A DNA stretch of 48,579 bases from Candidatus Tabaqchalia intestinavium (GTDB taxonomy: Bacteria > Bacillota > Clostridia > Oscillospirales > CAJFTT01). Below are positions 27,518 to 36,121 of this stretch, in pieces. Location of the stretch: assembly GCA_904420005.1 (NCBI GenBank), contig CAJFTT010000016.1, positions 1 through 48,579 on the forward strand. Direction: 5' to 3'. The notes below the pieces were generated by a model. It did no database searches. It saw nothing but the letters and a program-made list of their open reading frames with translations, and was not told the DNA's origin. The translations under genes were made by a program, and so were the position numbers. Every line of letters begins with the position of its first letter. Position 1 is the first letter of the stretch.

Positions 27518-27722
27518 GCTTAACCTCCATGCTGTCTTCCTTCAGCAACATTCCCGCGCCCCGAAATCCAAGGCGCCTCCTTCTCTCTTCTCAATACTAA
27601 GGATTATAGCGCAGTATCGGAAAAAATTCAAGGGAGGCCGGCAGGATTCCTGCCCGTTTCGACAGAAGGAAATATTCTCCTGCCCACATGCCGGAACACT
27701 TGCCGGCCTGGGAATTTTTCGC

Positions 27723-27751
27723 TTGACAAGCCGCGGCAAATCCGATATACT
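27723..27751 (+). promoter_or_regulatory. promoter of the rpsF-ssb-rpsR operon
   Basis: TTGACA (27723-27728), 17 bp, TATACT (27746-27751). Confidence 0.5.
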
Positions 27752-27861
27752 ATTTTGGTACTTTTATGTGATTTTCTTCCATTTTATGTGGGAGAGCTCA
27801 CATGAAACCCCTTCCCTCTGCCGGCCGGCGGAGGGCATATGTCCATAAGGAGGTGTCAAAG

Positions 27862-28152
27862 ATGGCTGATACGAATCGTTACGAGGCGGTGTTCATTATC
27901 AATCCCGCGCTCGGAGACGAGGGCATTGCCGCCATGGTGGAGAAGTTCAAGACGCTCATCGAGCAGAATGGTTCCATCGAGGGCATTGACGAGTGGGGCA
28001 AGAGAAGACTTGCTTACCCCATCAATCATGTCAACGAAGGGTACTATGTGCTTGTCAACTTCACCTGCAATGTCGATTTCCCGGCGGAGCTGGACCGTGT
28101 GTTCAAGATCACCGAGGGAATCATGCGGTCGCTGATTACCGCGAAGGAATAA
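27862..28152 (+). CDS. rpsF: 30S ribosomal protein S6
   Basis: 96 aa. MADTNRYEAVFIINP. AAGGAGGTG RBS. Confidence 0.9.
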   Translation: MADTNRYEAVFIINPALGDEGIAAMVEKFKTLIEQNGSIEGIDEWGKRRLAYPINHVNEGYYVLVNFTCNVDFPAELDRVFKITEGIMRSLITAKE

Positions 28153-28193
28153 TAGACCATTGGTTTCACGCATGAAGAAAGGCGGTGTTGTGG

Positions 28194-28622
28194 ATGCTGA
28201 ATGTCATTGCGCTCATGGGACGCCTGACAGCGGACCCGGAGCTGCGCCGGACGCCCTCTGACATTGCGGTCACGACCATCACGATCGCGGTGGATCGCGG
28301 CTATGTGCGGCAGGGCGAGGAGCGCCAGACGGATTTCATTCCGGTCGTCTGCTGGCGGCAGTCGGCGGAACTGGTGTGCAAATATTTCAAGAAAGGCGAC
28401 ATGATCGCCGTCAACGGTCGGCTGCAGTCGCGCAAATATGAGGACAGCCAGGGAAACAAGCGTACTGCCTACGAGGTCGTCGCCGATTCCGTGCATTTCA
28501 CGGGAAGCCGGCGTGATTCTTCTGCGGTGCCGGTGCGCCATGATGCGCCGCCCGCGCCGTCGTTCGCCGCAGGCAACGACGACTTCGAGATTCTGGGAAA
28601 TGACGACGATATGCCGTTCTGA
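28194..28622 (+). CDS. ssb: single-stranded DNA-binding protein
   Basis: 142 aa. OB-fold N-terminus (MLNVIALMGRLTADPELR). Acidic tail ending DDDMPF. Confidence 0.9.
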   Translation: MLNVIALMGRLTADPELRRTPSDIAVTTITIAVDRGYVRQGEERQTDFIPVVCWRQSAELVCKYFKKGDMIAVNGRLQSRKYEDSQGNKRTAYEVVADSVHFTGSRRDSSAVPVRHDAPPAPSFAAGNDDFEILGNDDDMPF

Positions 28623-28655
28623 TCCTGCATTTTTCGTCTGAAGGAGGCATTTGAA

Positions 28656-28916
28656 ATGGCTGAGAGAGCTGAGAGGGAGTTCCCGGAGCGCCGGGGCTTC
28701 AAGAAGGGCCGCAAAAAGGTCTGCGCGTTCTGTGTGGACCGGAGCGACAACCCGATCGATTATAAGGACATTGCCAAGCTGCGCAGATACATGTCCGAGC
28801 GTTCCAAGATCCTGCCCCGCAGAGTGACGGGAACCTGCGCGTATCATCAGCGCAAGCTGACAGTCGCGATCAAGCGTGCGCGTCATCTGGCGCTGCTGCC
28901 CTATACGAGCGACTGA
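28656..28916 (+). CDS. rpsR: 30S ribosomal protein S18
   Basis: 86 aa. [12 protein letters not shown] ... [25 protein letters not shown]. Confidence 0.9.
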   Translation: MAERAEREFPERRGFKKGRKKVCAFCVDRSDNPIDYKDIAKLRRYMSERSKILPRRVTGTCAYHQRKLTVAIKRARHLALLPYTSD

Positions 28917-28928
28917 GTTCTTGCAACA

Positions 28929-28968
28929 AGAAAAGTCGGCATATGCAATCGCATATGCCGACTTTTTT
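28929..28968. terminator. bidirectional intrinsic terminator after rpsR
   Basis: AAAAGTCGGCATATGC-aatc-GCATATGCCGACTTTTTT. Confidence 0.7.
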
Positions 28969-29174
28969 CGTGTCTGCGTCCGCATTGGCCCCGCCCTGCG
29001 TCTCGCATCGGACAGCAAAGTCCCGCTCGCCCGGCGCATGGCACGGCCGCCAAAACTCCGCGCCGTCACACCTCCACGCCATCCACCTCGCATAATCACG
29101 GTGAGCCTTGCCCTGGGGAAGGCGTTCCCTATGCGCCGCTCTGCCCGCGGGGCCGACCCCCTTCCGCTTGCGGC

Positions 29175-29214
29175 AAAACCGGGAGGAGCCGGCCCCGCAG
29201 GCAGCTCCTCCCGG
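29175..29214 (-). terminator. intrinsic terminator of dnaB
   Basis: 11-bp stem CCGGGAGGAGC / GCTCCTCCCGG with a 14-nt loop. TTTT follows on the minus strand. Confidence 0.5.
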
Positions 29215-29222
29215 ACGAAGAA

Positions 29223-30566
29223 TTATTCGACATGCGTAAAATCCACAGAAGAAAACTTCGTGAACCGGCCGGTAAACTTGAAAGGTAGCGCCGTCGTGCC
29301 GCCATGCCGGTTTTTCGCAACAATGACCTTGATGTCAAGGATATCCGGCCGGTCTTCCGGGTTATCCCCCGCGCTGTCACGGTGCAGGAAAATGACAATG
29401 TCGGCGTCCTGCTCAATGGAGCCCGACTCGCGCAGGTCGGAGAGCATGGGCGTCGTGTTCTCCCCCTTGCGCTTCTCGACGTCGCGCGACAGCTGCGAGA
29501 GCACCAGCAACGGCACATCCAGCTCCTTGGCCATAACCTTGAGGTTTCGCGTGATCTCCGACACCTCATTGACGCGGCTCTCGCTGCGTCGGCTGCTGGT
29601 GAGCAGCTGCAGGTAATCGACCACCACCAGCCCCACATCCTTGATGCGGCGCAGCTTGGCCTTCATCTCCGTGACCGTGATGCCCGCGCTGTCATCGACA
29701 TACATGGGGATATTATACAAATTCGACACCGCGCTCGCCAGACGCGTCCACTCGTCAGGCGAAATGTCTCCGGTGCGCATCTTCTGGCTGTCGACGAGCG
29801 ACTCGGTCGAGAGCATACGTGAGACAAGCTGGTCGGAGGACATTTCCAGCGAGAACATGACGACATTTTTTCCCGAACCCAGCGCCACATTCTGCGCGAT
29901 GTTGAGCGCAAAGCTGGTTTTTCCCACGCCGGGGCGCGCCGCAAGGATGATCAGGTCCGAGCGGTTGAGCCCCGTGATGACGCGGTCGAGCGTGGCGAAG
30001 CCGGTCGACAGGCCGGCATATTGCGCGCTGTCGGCGCTGGCCAGCTTGCTGATGCGGTCCATCGTCTCGGTAATGACATCCTTGACGGGACGCAGCTCGG
30101 TGCTTTTGCCCGAGCGGATGTCCAGAATCCGCTGCTCTGCGGCGTCGATGATCGTTTCCGCTTCTGTCGTGGCCTCGCTCGCGTCCTCGATGGTGGTGCG
30201 GCTGGCCTCGATGATGCTGCGCAGATAGAATTTGTCCCGGACGATCTTGGCATAGGACTCGATATGCCGGGAAGTCGGCACGATGCTCGCCAGCTGCAGA
30301 ATATACTGCTTGCCGCTCGCGTCGTCATATTCGCCGGACTTTTTGATCTCCTCCAGCAGTGTCACTGCGTCAATGGGCTTGCCCAATTCAAACATGAGCA
30401 GCATTTTGGAAAAGATCGTCTGATGCTGCGGCAGGTAAAAATGCTGCGGCTGCACAATGCCGACGATGCTCTCAATGGCGGGCGGATCGATGATGACCGC
30501 GCCCAGGACGGACTGCTCCGCCTCCAGGCTATAGGGCTGCTTGATGCCTTCAAAGTCCATGGCCAT
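29223..30566 (-). CDS. dnaB: replicative DNA helicase DnaB
   Basis: 447 aa. PYSLEAEQSVLGA N-terminal motif. Walker A GARPGVGKTSFALN. RecA-like C-terminal domain. Confidence 0.9.
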   Translation of the reverse strand: MAMDFEGIKQPYSLEAEQSVLGAVIIDPPAIESIVGIVQPQHFYLPQHQTIFSKMLLMFELGKPIDAVTLLEEIKKSGEYDDASGKQYILQLASIVPTSRHIESYAKIVRDKFYLRSIIEASRTTIEDASEATTEAETIIDAAEQRILDIRSGKSTELRPVKDVITETMDRISKLASADSAQYAGLSTGFATLDRVITGLNRSDLIILAARPGVGKTSFALNIAQNVALGSGKNVVMFSLEMSSDQLVSRMLSTESLVDSQKMRTGDISPDEWTRLASAVSNLYNIPMYVDDSAGITVTEMKAKLRRIKDVGLVVVDYLQLLTSSRRSESRVNEVSEITRNLKVMAKELDVPLLVLSQLSRDVEKRKGENTTPMLSDLRESGSIEQDADIVIFLHRDSAGDNPEDRPDILDIKVIVAKNRHGGTTALPFKFTGRFTKFSSVDFTHVE

Positions 30567-30751
30567 GGTCGCTTCCTCCCTTCTCGTCTGCTCTTCCCCG
30601 GCGCAAAGCCCGCCCCCACGCGAGGCGCCCGCCTGGCCTTTGCCTCTCTCCGTCTTGCGTCAATGCCCGGGCGCTTCTTTTGAAAAAAGCTGCCAGGTCC
30701 GGAAAAGGCAAACCCCTTCGCGGTCAGGCGCCGCCTCGGCGGCGCGCCCGC

Positions 30752-31195
30752 TTATTCTTCGACGACTTCCACCGTCACCTTGGCGACGATGCCCTGATAG
30801 AGCTTCACTTCCGCGCTGTAGGAGCCGAAATTCTTGATCTCCCCAGCGTTGATCTTTTTCTTATCCACGACGACGCCGAGCGACGCCTCCACCGCTTCAG
30901 CGATCTCCTTCGCCGTGATGGAGCCGAACAACCGGCCGCCGGTACCCCCTTTAGCGCGCAGGGTCACTTTCTTGCCGTCGAGCTTCCCCTTGGCTTCCTG
31001 CGCCGCCTGCTTCTCCATGTCGATCTTATGCTGCGCGGCGGCCTGTTTGCTCTTCATTTCGCCGACCGCCTGATTGTCCGCCGGGATGGCAAGATTGCGC
31101 GGAAAAAGATAATTGCGGGCGTAGCCGTCGGAAACGTTGACCATTTCCCCCGCTTTGCCCTGGCCTTTGACGTCCGCTTTGAGAATCACTTTCAT
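30752..31195 (-). CDS. rplI: 50S ribosomal protein L9
   Basis: 147 aa from [44 protein letters not shown]. Confidence 0.9.
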   Translation of the reverse strand: MKVILKADVKGQGKAGEMVNVSDGYARNYLFPRNLAIPADNQAVGEMKSKQAAAQHKIDMEKQAAQEAKGKLDGKKVTLRAKGGTGGRLFGSITAKEIAEAVEASLGVVVDKKKINAGEIKNFGSYSAEVKLYQGIVAKVTVEVVEE

Positions 31196-31447
31196 GCTGA
31201 TTGCCTCCATTCGTTCGATATGCATGTTCCGGTCTGACCGGAAACATGTCGTATTGCCAAAAACGCCCCTGTGGGCCGCGCGCCTGCGGGATGCGAGCCG
31301 AGACGCTTCTCCAAGCCCGTCCACGGTTTTACCGTGATCCGCGCGTCCGCAAACTGCTATCCAGGCAGGCTTTTCGCCCCGCCCATTTGCGAGGCGTGCC
31401 GCCTCTGCATCGGAATTATACCGGGACGGAGTATGCGCAAAGCCGCG

Positions 31448-33427
31448 TCACGCGCCCGCCTGCATCCCCAGCTGCTCCTGCACCGCGTCGATGGCTTCCT
31501 TGAGCCGCCGGACCGCTTCGTCGATGTCGATGTCGCGCAGCTGCGCGCCCGCCATCATATGATGCCCGCCGCCGCCCAGCCGCTCCATCACGAGCTGCAC
31601 ATTGAGCTTGCCCTGCGAGCGGGCCGAGACAGAGATGAATTCCGGCGCCGCATACAGCGCAAAAGACGCATCCACGCCACGCACGTTGAGCAGTTCGTCC
31701 GCTGTCTGCGGCGCGACGATGCGCAGCGATTCTTCAAATTTATCACGCCAGACCGCGAGCGCCGCGCTGCGGTAGAGCGTCGTGCCAGCCATGAGCTGCG
31801 CCTTGACCCGGCAGTCCTCAAACGTGCTGGAGAACAGGCGCCGTACCTGCAGGGTATCCGCCCCGCGCCGGCGCAGATACGCCGCCGCCTCGAAAGTGCG
31901 CACGCCCGTCTGCTGAGAAAAATTCTTCGTGTCCAGCATAATGCCGGCAAGCAGCGCCTCGCTCTGCGCCTTGTTGGGTTTGCCGCAGTTCATATACTGC
32001 AGCAGCTCTGTGACCATCTCACAGGCGGAGGAGGCGTTGGGCTCATGATAAAACAGCGTCGTGTCCTGAATCGAATCGGCGGTTCGGCGGTGATGGTCGA
32101 TGACGGCGACCGTCTTGACCTCCTGGCACAGTTCCGGCGCTTCCATGATTTCGGTCCGATGCGTGTCGACAATGATCAGCAACGTCTTATCGGTGATCAG
32201 CCGCCGCGCCTGCGCCGGGGAAACGAAGAAATCCAGTCCCGCGTCGCACAGGCTGTCGATGAGCGCGCCGGCCATCGTCGCTTCGCGGTTGACGACGCAT
32301 TTGGCGTCGCGCCCGAGGCTGTAGGCCGCAAACTGCATACCGGCCGCCGCGCCGATGCAGTCGAGATCCGACAGGCGGTGCCCCATAATGAGCACGTTGC
32401 CGCTCTGGCGGATGAGATTCTCAAAAGTCGAGGCCACCATGCGGCTCTTGACCCGGCTGCTGCGCTCGATGCCCTTGGATTTGCCGCCGAAAAATTGATA
32501 GCCGTCCGCGTTCTTGATGACCACCTGGTCGCCGCCACGGCCCAGCGCCATGTCCAGCGCCTGCTTGGCCGCGGTTTCCCCCTCGGCCAGCGTCTGGTAT
32601 CCCTGCCCAACGCCGATGGACAGCGTCGGCGCCGTGCCGTCGGGGCGCGTCATTTTGCGCACCGTCTCGAGAATCTCAAACTTGGTCTTGATGAAATGAT
32701 CCAGGTCCCGCTGCTCAAATACGAAGAAATATTTTTCGCGCTCATAGCGGTTGAGAATACCCGTCGAGCTCTTGGTCCAGTGCAGCAGCGCCTCCTCCAC
32801 GGCGGCGACGAACTGCGCGCGCTCCAGGTCACGCGCCTCTTTGATCATTTCGTCGAAGTTATCAATAACGAGGATCATCACCACCGGCCGGGAACGGAAA
32901 TATTCCCGGCTGATGCCTTTGAGCTCGTCGTCGTCATGGAAATACAGCGCGAAGAGCTTCTGCCCGTCGAGCGTGAAAGAATTGCCGTAGACCGTATAGC
33001 CGCAGCCGTTGACGCTGACGTTCTGCCGCGTCGTCTCCCCCTGCCAGCGCAGGCTGAGGCCACGCACCGCTTCGCTTATGTACGGGACGGTCCCGTCCTC
33101 GCGCCGCAGCATCTCCTCCGCTGCGCGATTGCCCCATTGCAGCTCCATCGCCTCGTCGACGACCACCGCCGGCAGAGGAAACCGCTCCAGGCTGGCCCGG
33201 TCGGCCGGCGACAGGCGCGTGCTGACATAGCGCAGCGTTTTGTTCCGATGCCGGCGCTGCAGGATGAACACCACACAGCAGAAAATGCCCGAGGCCGACG
33301 CAATAATCAGGCTGATCGCCGCCACCGACGCCCCCGTGAGGAAAAACGCCGGGATCGCCGAGAGCAGCCAAAGCACCAGCACCACGATGAGGAGCTTTTC
33401 ATGCAGATACAATGTTGTCCTTTTCAT
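31448..33427 (-). CDS. gdpP: cyclic-di-AMP phosphodiesterase GdpP (YybT): TM-PAS-GGDEF-like-DHH/DHHA1
   Basis: 659 aa. Two N-terminal TM helices. DHH motif (VIDHHRR) and DHHA1 (GGGGHHMMAGAQ). Conserved position upstream of rplI-dnaB, as in Bacillus. Confidence 0.85.
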   Translation of the reverse strand: MKRTTLYLHEKLLIVVLVLWLLSAIPAFFLTGASVAAISLIIASASGIFCCVVFILQRRHRNKTLRYVSTRLSPADRASLERFPLPAVVVDEAMELQWGNRAAEEMLRREDGTVPYISEAVRGLSLRWQGETTRQNVSVNGCGYTVYGNSFTLDGQKLFALYFHDDDELKGISREYFRSRPVVMILVIDNFDEMIKEARDLERAQFVAAVEEALLHWTKSSTGILNRYEREKYFFVFEQRDLDHFIKTKFEILETVRKMTRPDGTAPTLSIGVGQGYQTLAEGETAAKQALDMALGRGGDQVVIKNADGYQFFGGKSKGIERSSRVKSRMVASTFENLIRQSGNVLIMGHRLSDLDCIGAAAGMQFAAYSLGRDAKCVVNREATMAGALIDSLCDAGLDFFVSPAQARRLITDKTLLIIVDTHRTEIMEAPELCQEVKTVAVIDHHRRTADSIQDTTLFYHEPNASSACEMVTELLQYMNCGKPNKAQSEALLAGIMLDTKNFSQQTGVRTFEAAAYLRRRGADTLQVRRLFSSTFEDCRVKAQLMAGTTLYRSAALAVWRDKFEESLRIVAPQTADELLNVRGVDASFALYAAPEFISVSARSQGKLNVQLVMERLGGGGHHMMAGAQLRDIDIDEAVRRLKEAIDAVQEQLGMQAGA

Positions 33428-33479
33428 AACAACCCCTCCGTCAGAAACAAGCCGTTGCGTTCCTTCAAAACCGCCGGAC

Positions 33480-35561
33480 TCAGGCGTCCATCAGAATGGG
33501 CAGCACCATGGGACGGCGCTTGGTTTTGGAGAAAATGAATTCGCTCATCGCGTCGCGCACGGTGTTTTTCAGGGAAGTCCAGTCGGCATTGCCGTTGGCC
33601 AGCCCGCCTTCCAGCGCCTTCTCCGCCACGCGCTTGGCCTGCTCCATCAGCTCCTCCGCCTCCCGGACATAGACAAAGCCTCTGGACACAATATCGGGTC
33701 CGGACACGATCCGGCGCTCGCCCTGCGTATGCACCGCGGCCACCACGACGATCAGGCCATCCTCCGCGAGATGCTTGCGGTCGCGCAGCACGATGCTGCC
33801 CACGTCGCCCACACCCAGCCCATCGATGAGCAGGCGACCGGCCGGGACCGTGCCGGTGATCTTGCAGCTGTCCTGACTGACCTCCACCACCTTGCCGATG
33901 TCGGCGATCATGATATGGTCGTCGTCATAGCCCATGCTGCGGGCGGTGGCCGCATGATGCACCAGGTGCTTATATTCGCCGTGCACCGGCATGAAATATT
34001 TCGGCTGCGTCAGGCCCAGGATGATTTTCTGCTCCTCCTGGCAGGCGTGGCCGGAAACATGCACTTCGTAGATGGACTCATACAGTACCTTCGCGCCGAG
34101 CTTGAGCAGCTCGTTGATGACGCGGCCCACCAGCTTCTCATTGCCGGGGATGGGATTGGCGGAAATGATGATGCAGTCGTCCGGACCGATCTCCACCTTG
34201 CGATGATCGGAAAACGCCATACGGTACAGCGCGCTCATCGGCTCGCCCTGGCTGCCGGTCGTGATGATGACCAGCTCGTCCTTGGGATAGCGGTTGATGG
34301 CGTCGATATCGATCACAAGGCCGTCCGGCACATTGAGGTATCCCAGCTCCATCGCCACGCCGATGACGTTGACCATGCTGCGCCCCGACACGGCGACCTT
34401 CCGGTTATATTTCGCGGCGCAGTCAAAAATCTGCTGCACGCGGTGAATGTTCGACGAGAAGGTGGCGATGACGATACGCTTGCCCTCCGCCTGCTGGAAG
34501 AGGTTGTTAAACGACGCGCCCACCTTACGCTCGCTCATGGTATAGCCCGGGCGCTCGGCATTCGTGGAGTCGGACATGAGCAGGAGCACGCCCTCCTTGC
34601 CCAGCTGGCCCAAACGCGCCAAGTCGATCATCTGCCCGCCGATAGGCGTGCAGTCAATCTTGAAGTCGCCCGTGTGGACGATGACGCCCGCCGGGGATTT
34701 GATCGCCAGCATGACCGCGTCCGCGATGCTGTGGGTCGAGTGGATGATCTCCACCTCGAACTCGCCGAGCTTGATCTTGTCGCCCGGCTTGACGACGATG
34801 CGGGTGGTCTTGTTGAGCATGTTGTGCTCGCGCAGCTTGCCCTCCACCAGGCCGAGCGTCAGACGCGTGCCGTAAACGGGAACGTTGATTTTGCGCAGCA
34901 CATAGGGCAGCGAGCCGATGTGGTCCTCGTGCCCGTGCGTGAGGAAAATGCCGCGGATCTTGTCTGCGTTTTTCTCCAAATAGGTGACGTCCGGGATGAC
35001 CAGGTCGATGCCGAGCATCTCGTCATCCGGAAAGGCAAGGCCGCAGTCGACGATGATGATGTCGTCCCGATATTCGAACACCGTCAGGTTCTTGCCGATC
35101 TCATTGAGGCCGCCGAGCGGGATCACCTTGATCGTCGGGGCTTTGGAGCCCGACCGGCCCCGCGTGCTCTGCCGGCGCGAGGCCGGGGCGTTGTCCTTCG
35201 CGGCGCGCGTCCGGGAAGCGGACTGGGCCGCCGGCGCTTTTCCCTGCTTGGCCGCAGGCTGGCCGGTCTGCGCCTTGCTGCGCGGCTTGCGGGATGCGGC
35301 GGGTCGCTTCTCCGCCGCCGGGCGCGCGGTCTCCTTTTGCGCCGCGCCCTTCTGGCCGGCTTCCGCCGCGGCTTTGGGGGCGCGCGGCTTACCCGCGCGT
35401 TTCTCCTGTTGCTTCGCGACTTCAGAGGCCGGGATCTTCTCTCCCAGCACGAGCGCTTCCCCATCGGCCGGCTTCTGCCGCGCGGGCGCGAGCCTCAGCT
35501 TCGACGAAGAACCGCGGCCCCCTTTGGAGCCGCTGCGAAAAAAATTGTTGCTGTTTGCCAA
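33480..35561 (-). CDS. rnj: ribonuclease J (metallo-beta-lactamase / beta-CASP) with a ~135-aa K/A/R/Q-rich N-terminal extension
   Basis: 693 aa. HGHEDHIG and beta-CASP motifs from residue ~140 onward. TTG start 7 nt after GGAGG. No in-frame ATG until deep within the catalytic domain. Confidence 0.8.
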   Translation of the reverse strand: MANSNNFFRSGSKGGRGSSSKLRLAPARQKPADGEALVLGEKIPASEVAKQQEKRAGKPRAPKAAAEAGQKGAAQKETARPAAEKRPAASRKPRSKAQTGQPAAKQGKAPAAQSASRTRAAKDNAPASRRQSTRGRSGSKAPTIKVIPLGGLNEIGKNLTVFEYRDDIIIVDCGLAFPDDEMLGIDLVIPDVTYLEKNADKIRGIFLTHGHEDHIGSLPYVLRKINVPVYGTRLTLGLVEGKLREHNMLNKTTRIVVKPGDKIKLGEFEVEIIHSTHSIADAVMLAIKSPAGVIVHTGDFKIDCTPIGGQMIDLARLGQLGKEGVLLLMSDSTNAERPGYTMSERKVGASFNNLFQQAEGKRIVIATFSSNIHRVQQIFDCAAKYNRKVAVSGRSMVNVIGVAMELGYLNVPDGLVIDIDAINRYPKDELVIITTGSQGEPMSALYRMAFSDHRKVEIGPDDCIIISANPIPGNEKLVGRVINELLKLGAKVLYESIYEVHVSGHACQEEQKIILGLTQPKYFMPVHGEYKHLVHHAATARSMGYDDDHIMIADIGKVVEVSQDSCKITGTVPAGRLLIDGLGVGDVGSIVLRDRKHLAEDGLIVVVAAVHTQGERRIVSGPDIVSRGFVYVREAEELMEQAKRVAEKALEGGLANGNADWTSLKNTVRDAMSEFIFSKTKRRPMVLPILMDA

Positions 35562-35616
35562 AGAAATTCCTCCAATTTTGCGCTCCTCTTGCCGGAGCGA
35601 TCATTTCTGCTTCCAT

Positions 35617-35657
35617 TCAATAAATAACAAGCCCTCATGCAAAAACCGGCATGAGGC
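35617..35657 (-). promoter_or_regulatory. terminator-like hairpin within the rnj 5' leader (candidate attenuator)
   Basis: Minus strand GCCTCATGC-cggttttt-GCATGAGG(G)C, then TTGTTATTTATT. About 55 nt upstream of the rnj start codon. Confidence 0.4.
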
Positions 35658-35882
35658 ATCGCTGTTCTCCGGTCATGGGGCTGTCCGCGCCGCACGGGAA
35701 CCGGAGCCGCTATGGAATTCACACAGCATGGCGAACCATATTATTTCCGAACACAAACATCTGTTTCCGCAAGCGGCCCGCACGCGCTCCACAGCCGCCA
35801 TGCCGGTCCCCGAACCCCGGTCCGGAACACTCCCTTCCCCAAGGAAGAAAGCGAAAGGCCGCTTGCAAAAACTTTGTACCAA

Positions 35883-35910
35883 TTATATTGCATTTTGCCA
35901 TATTTGTCAA
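35883..35910 (-). promoter_or_regulatory. perfect-consensus sigma-A promoter for rnj
   Basis: Minus strand TTGACA, 17 bp, TATAAT (plus-strand tgtcaa 35905-35910 and attata 35883-35888). Implies a ~315-nt leader. Confidence 0.6.
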
Positions 35911-35946
35911 CAAGTCCGCCGGCCCTGCTTTTATCTTCGGCCGCTC

Positions 35947-35977
35947 GCCGGCAGTTTAATCAACCGCCGGCTTTTTT
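35947..35977 (+). terminator. plus-strand intrinsic terminator with no upstream plus-strand gene
   Basis: GCCGGC-agtttaatcaacc-GCCGGC, then TTTTTT. Lies between the divergent rnj and DUF1846 promoters. Confidence 0.45.
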
Positions 35978-36057
35978 GCGCAAAGTTTCCTTCCCCCGGA
36001 CGGCCGGCACACGCACCGGCGGCGGCAAAATTCGCGACGGAATCTTCGGGCTTTGTC

Positions 36058-36086
36058 TTGCAATGCGGGGACGCGCACGGTATAAT
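36058..36086 (+). promoter_or_regulatory. promoter of the DUF1846 gene
   Basis: TTGCAA (36058-36063), 17 bp, TATAAT (36081-36086). Confidence 0.55.
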
Positions 36087-36121
36087 AAAACGTGAAAAAT
36101 GCAACAAAAGGGACGAAGAAG

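Noticed and set aside
33240-35627. 795-aa plus-strand ORF
   Set aside because: Antisense to rnj and gdpP, with an off-frame artefact composition.
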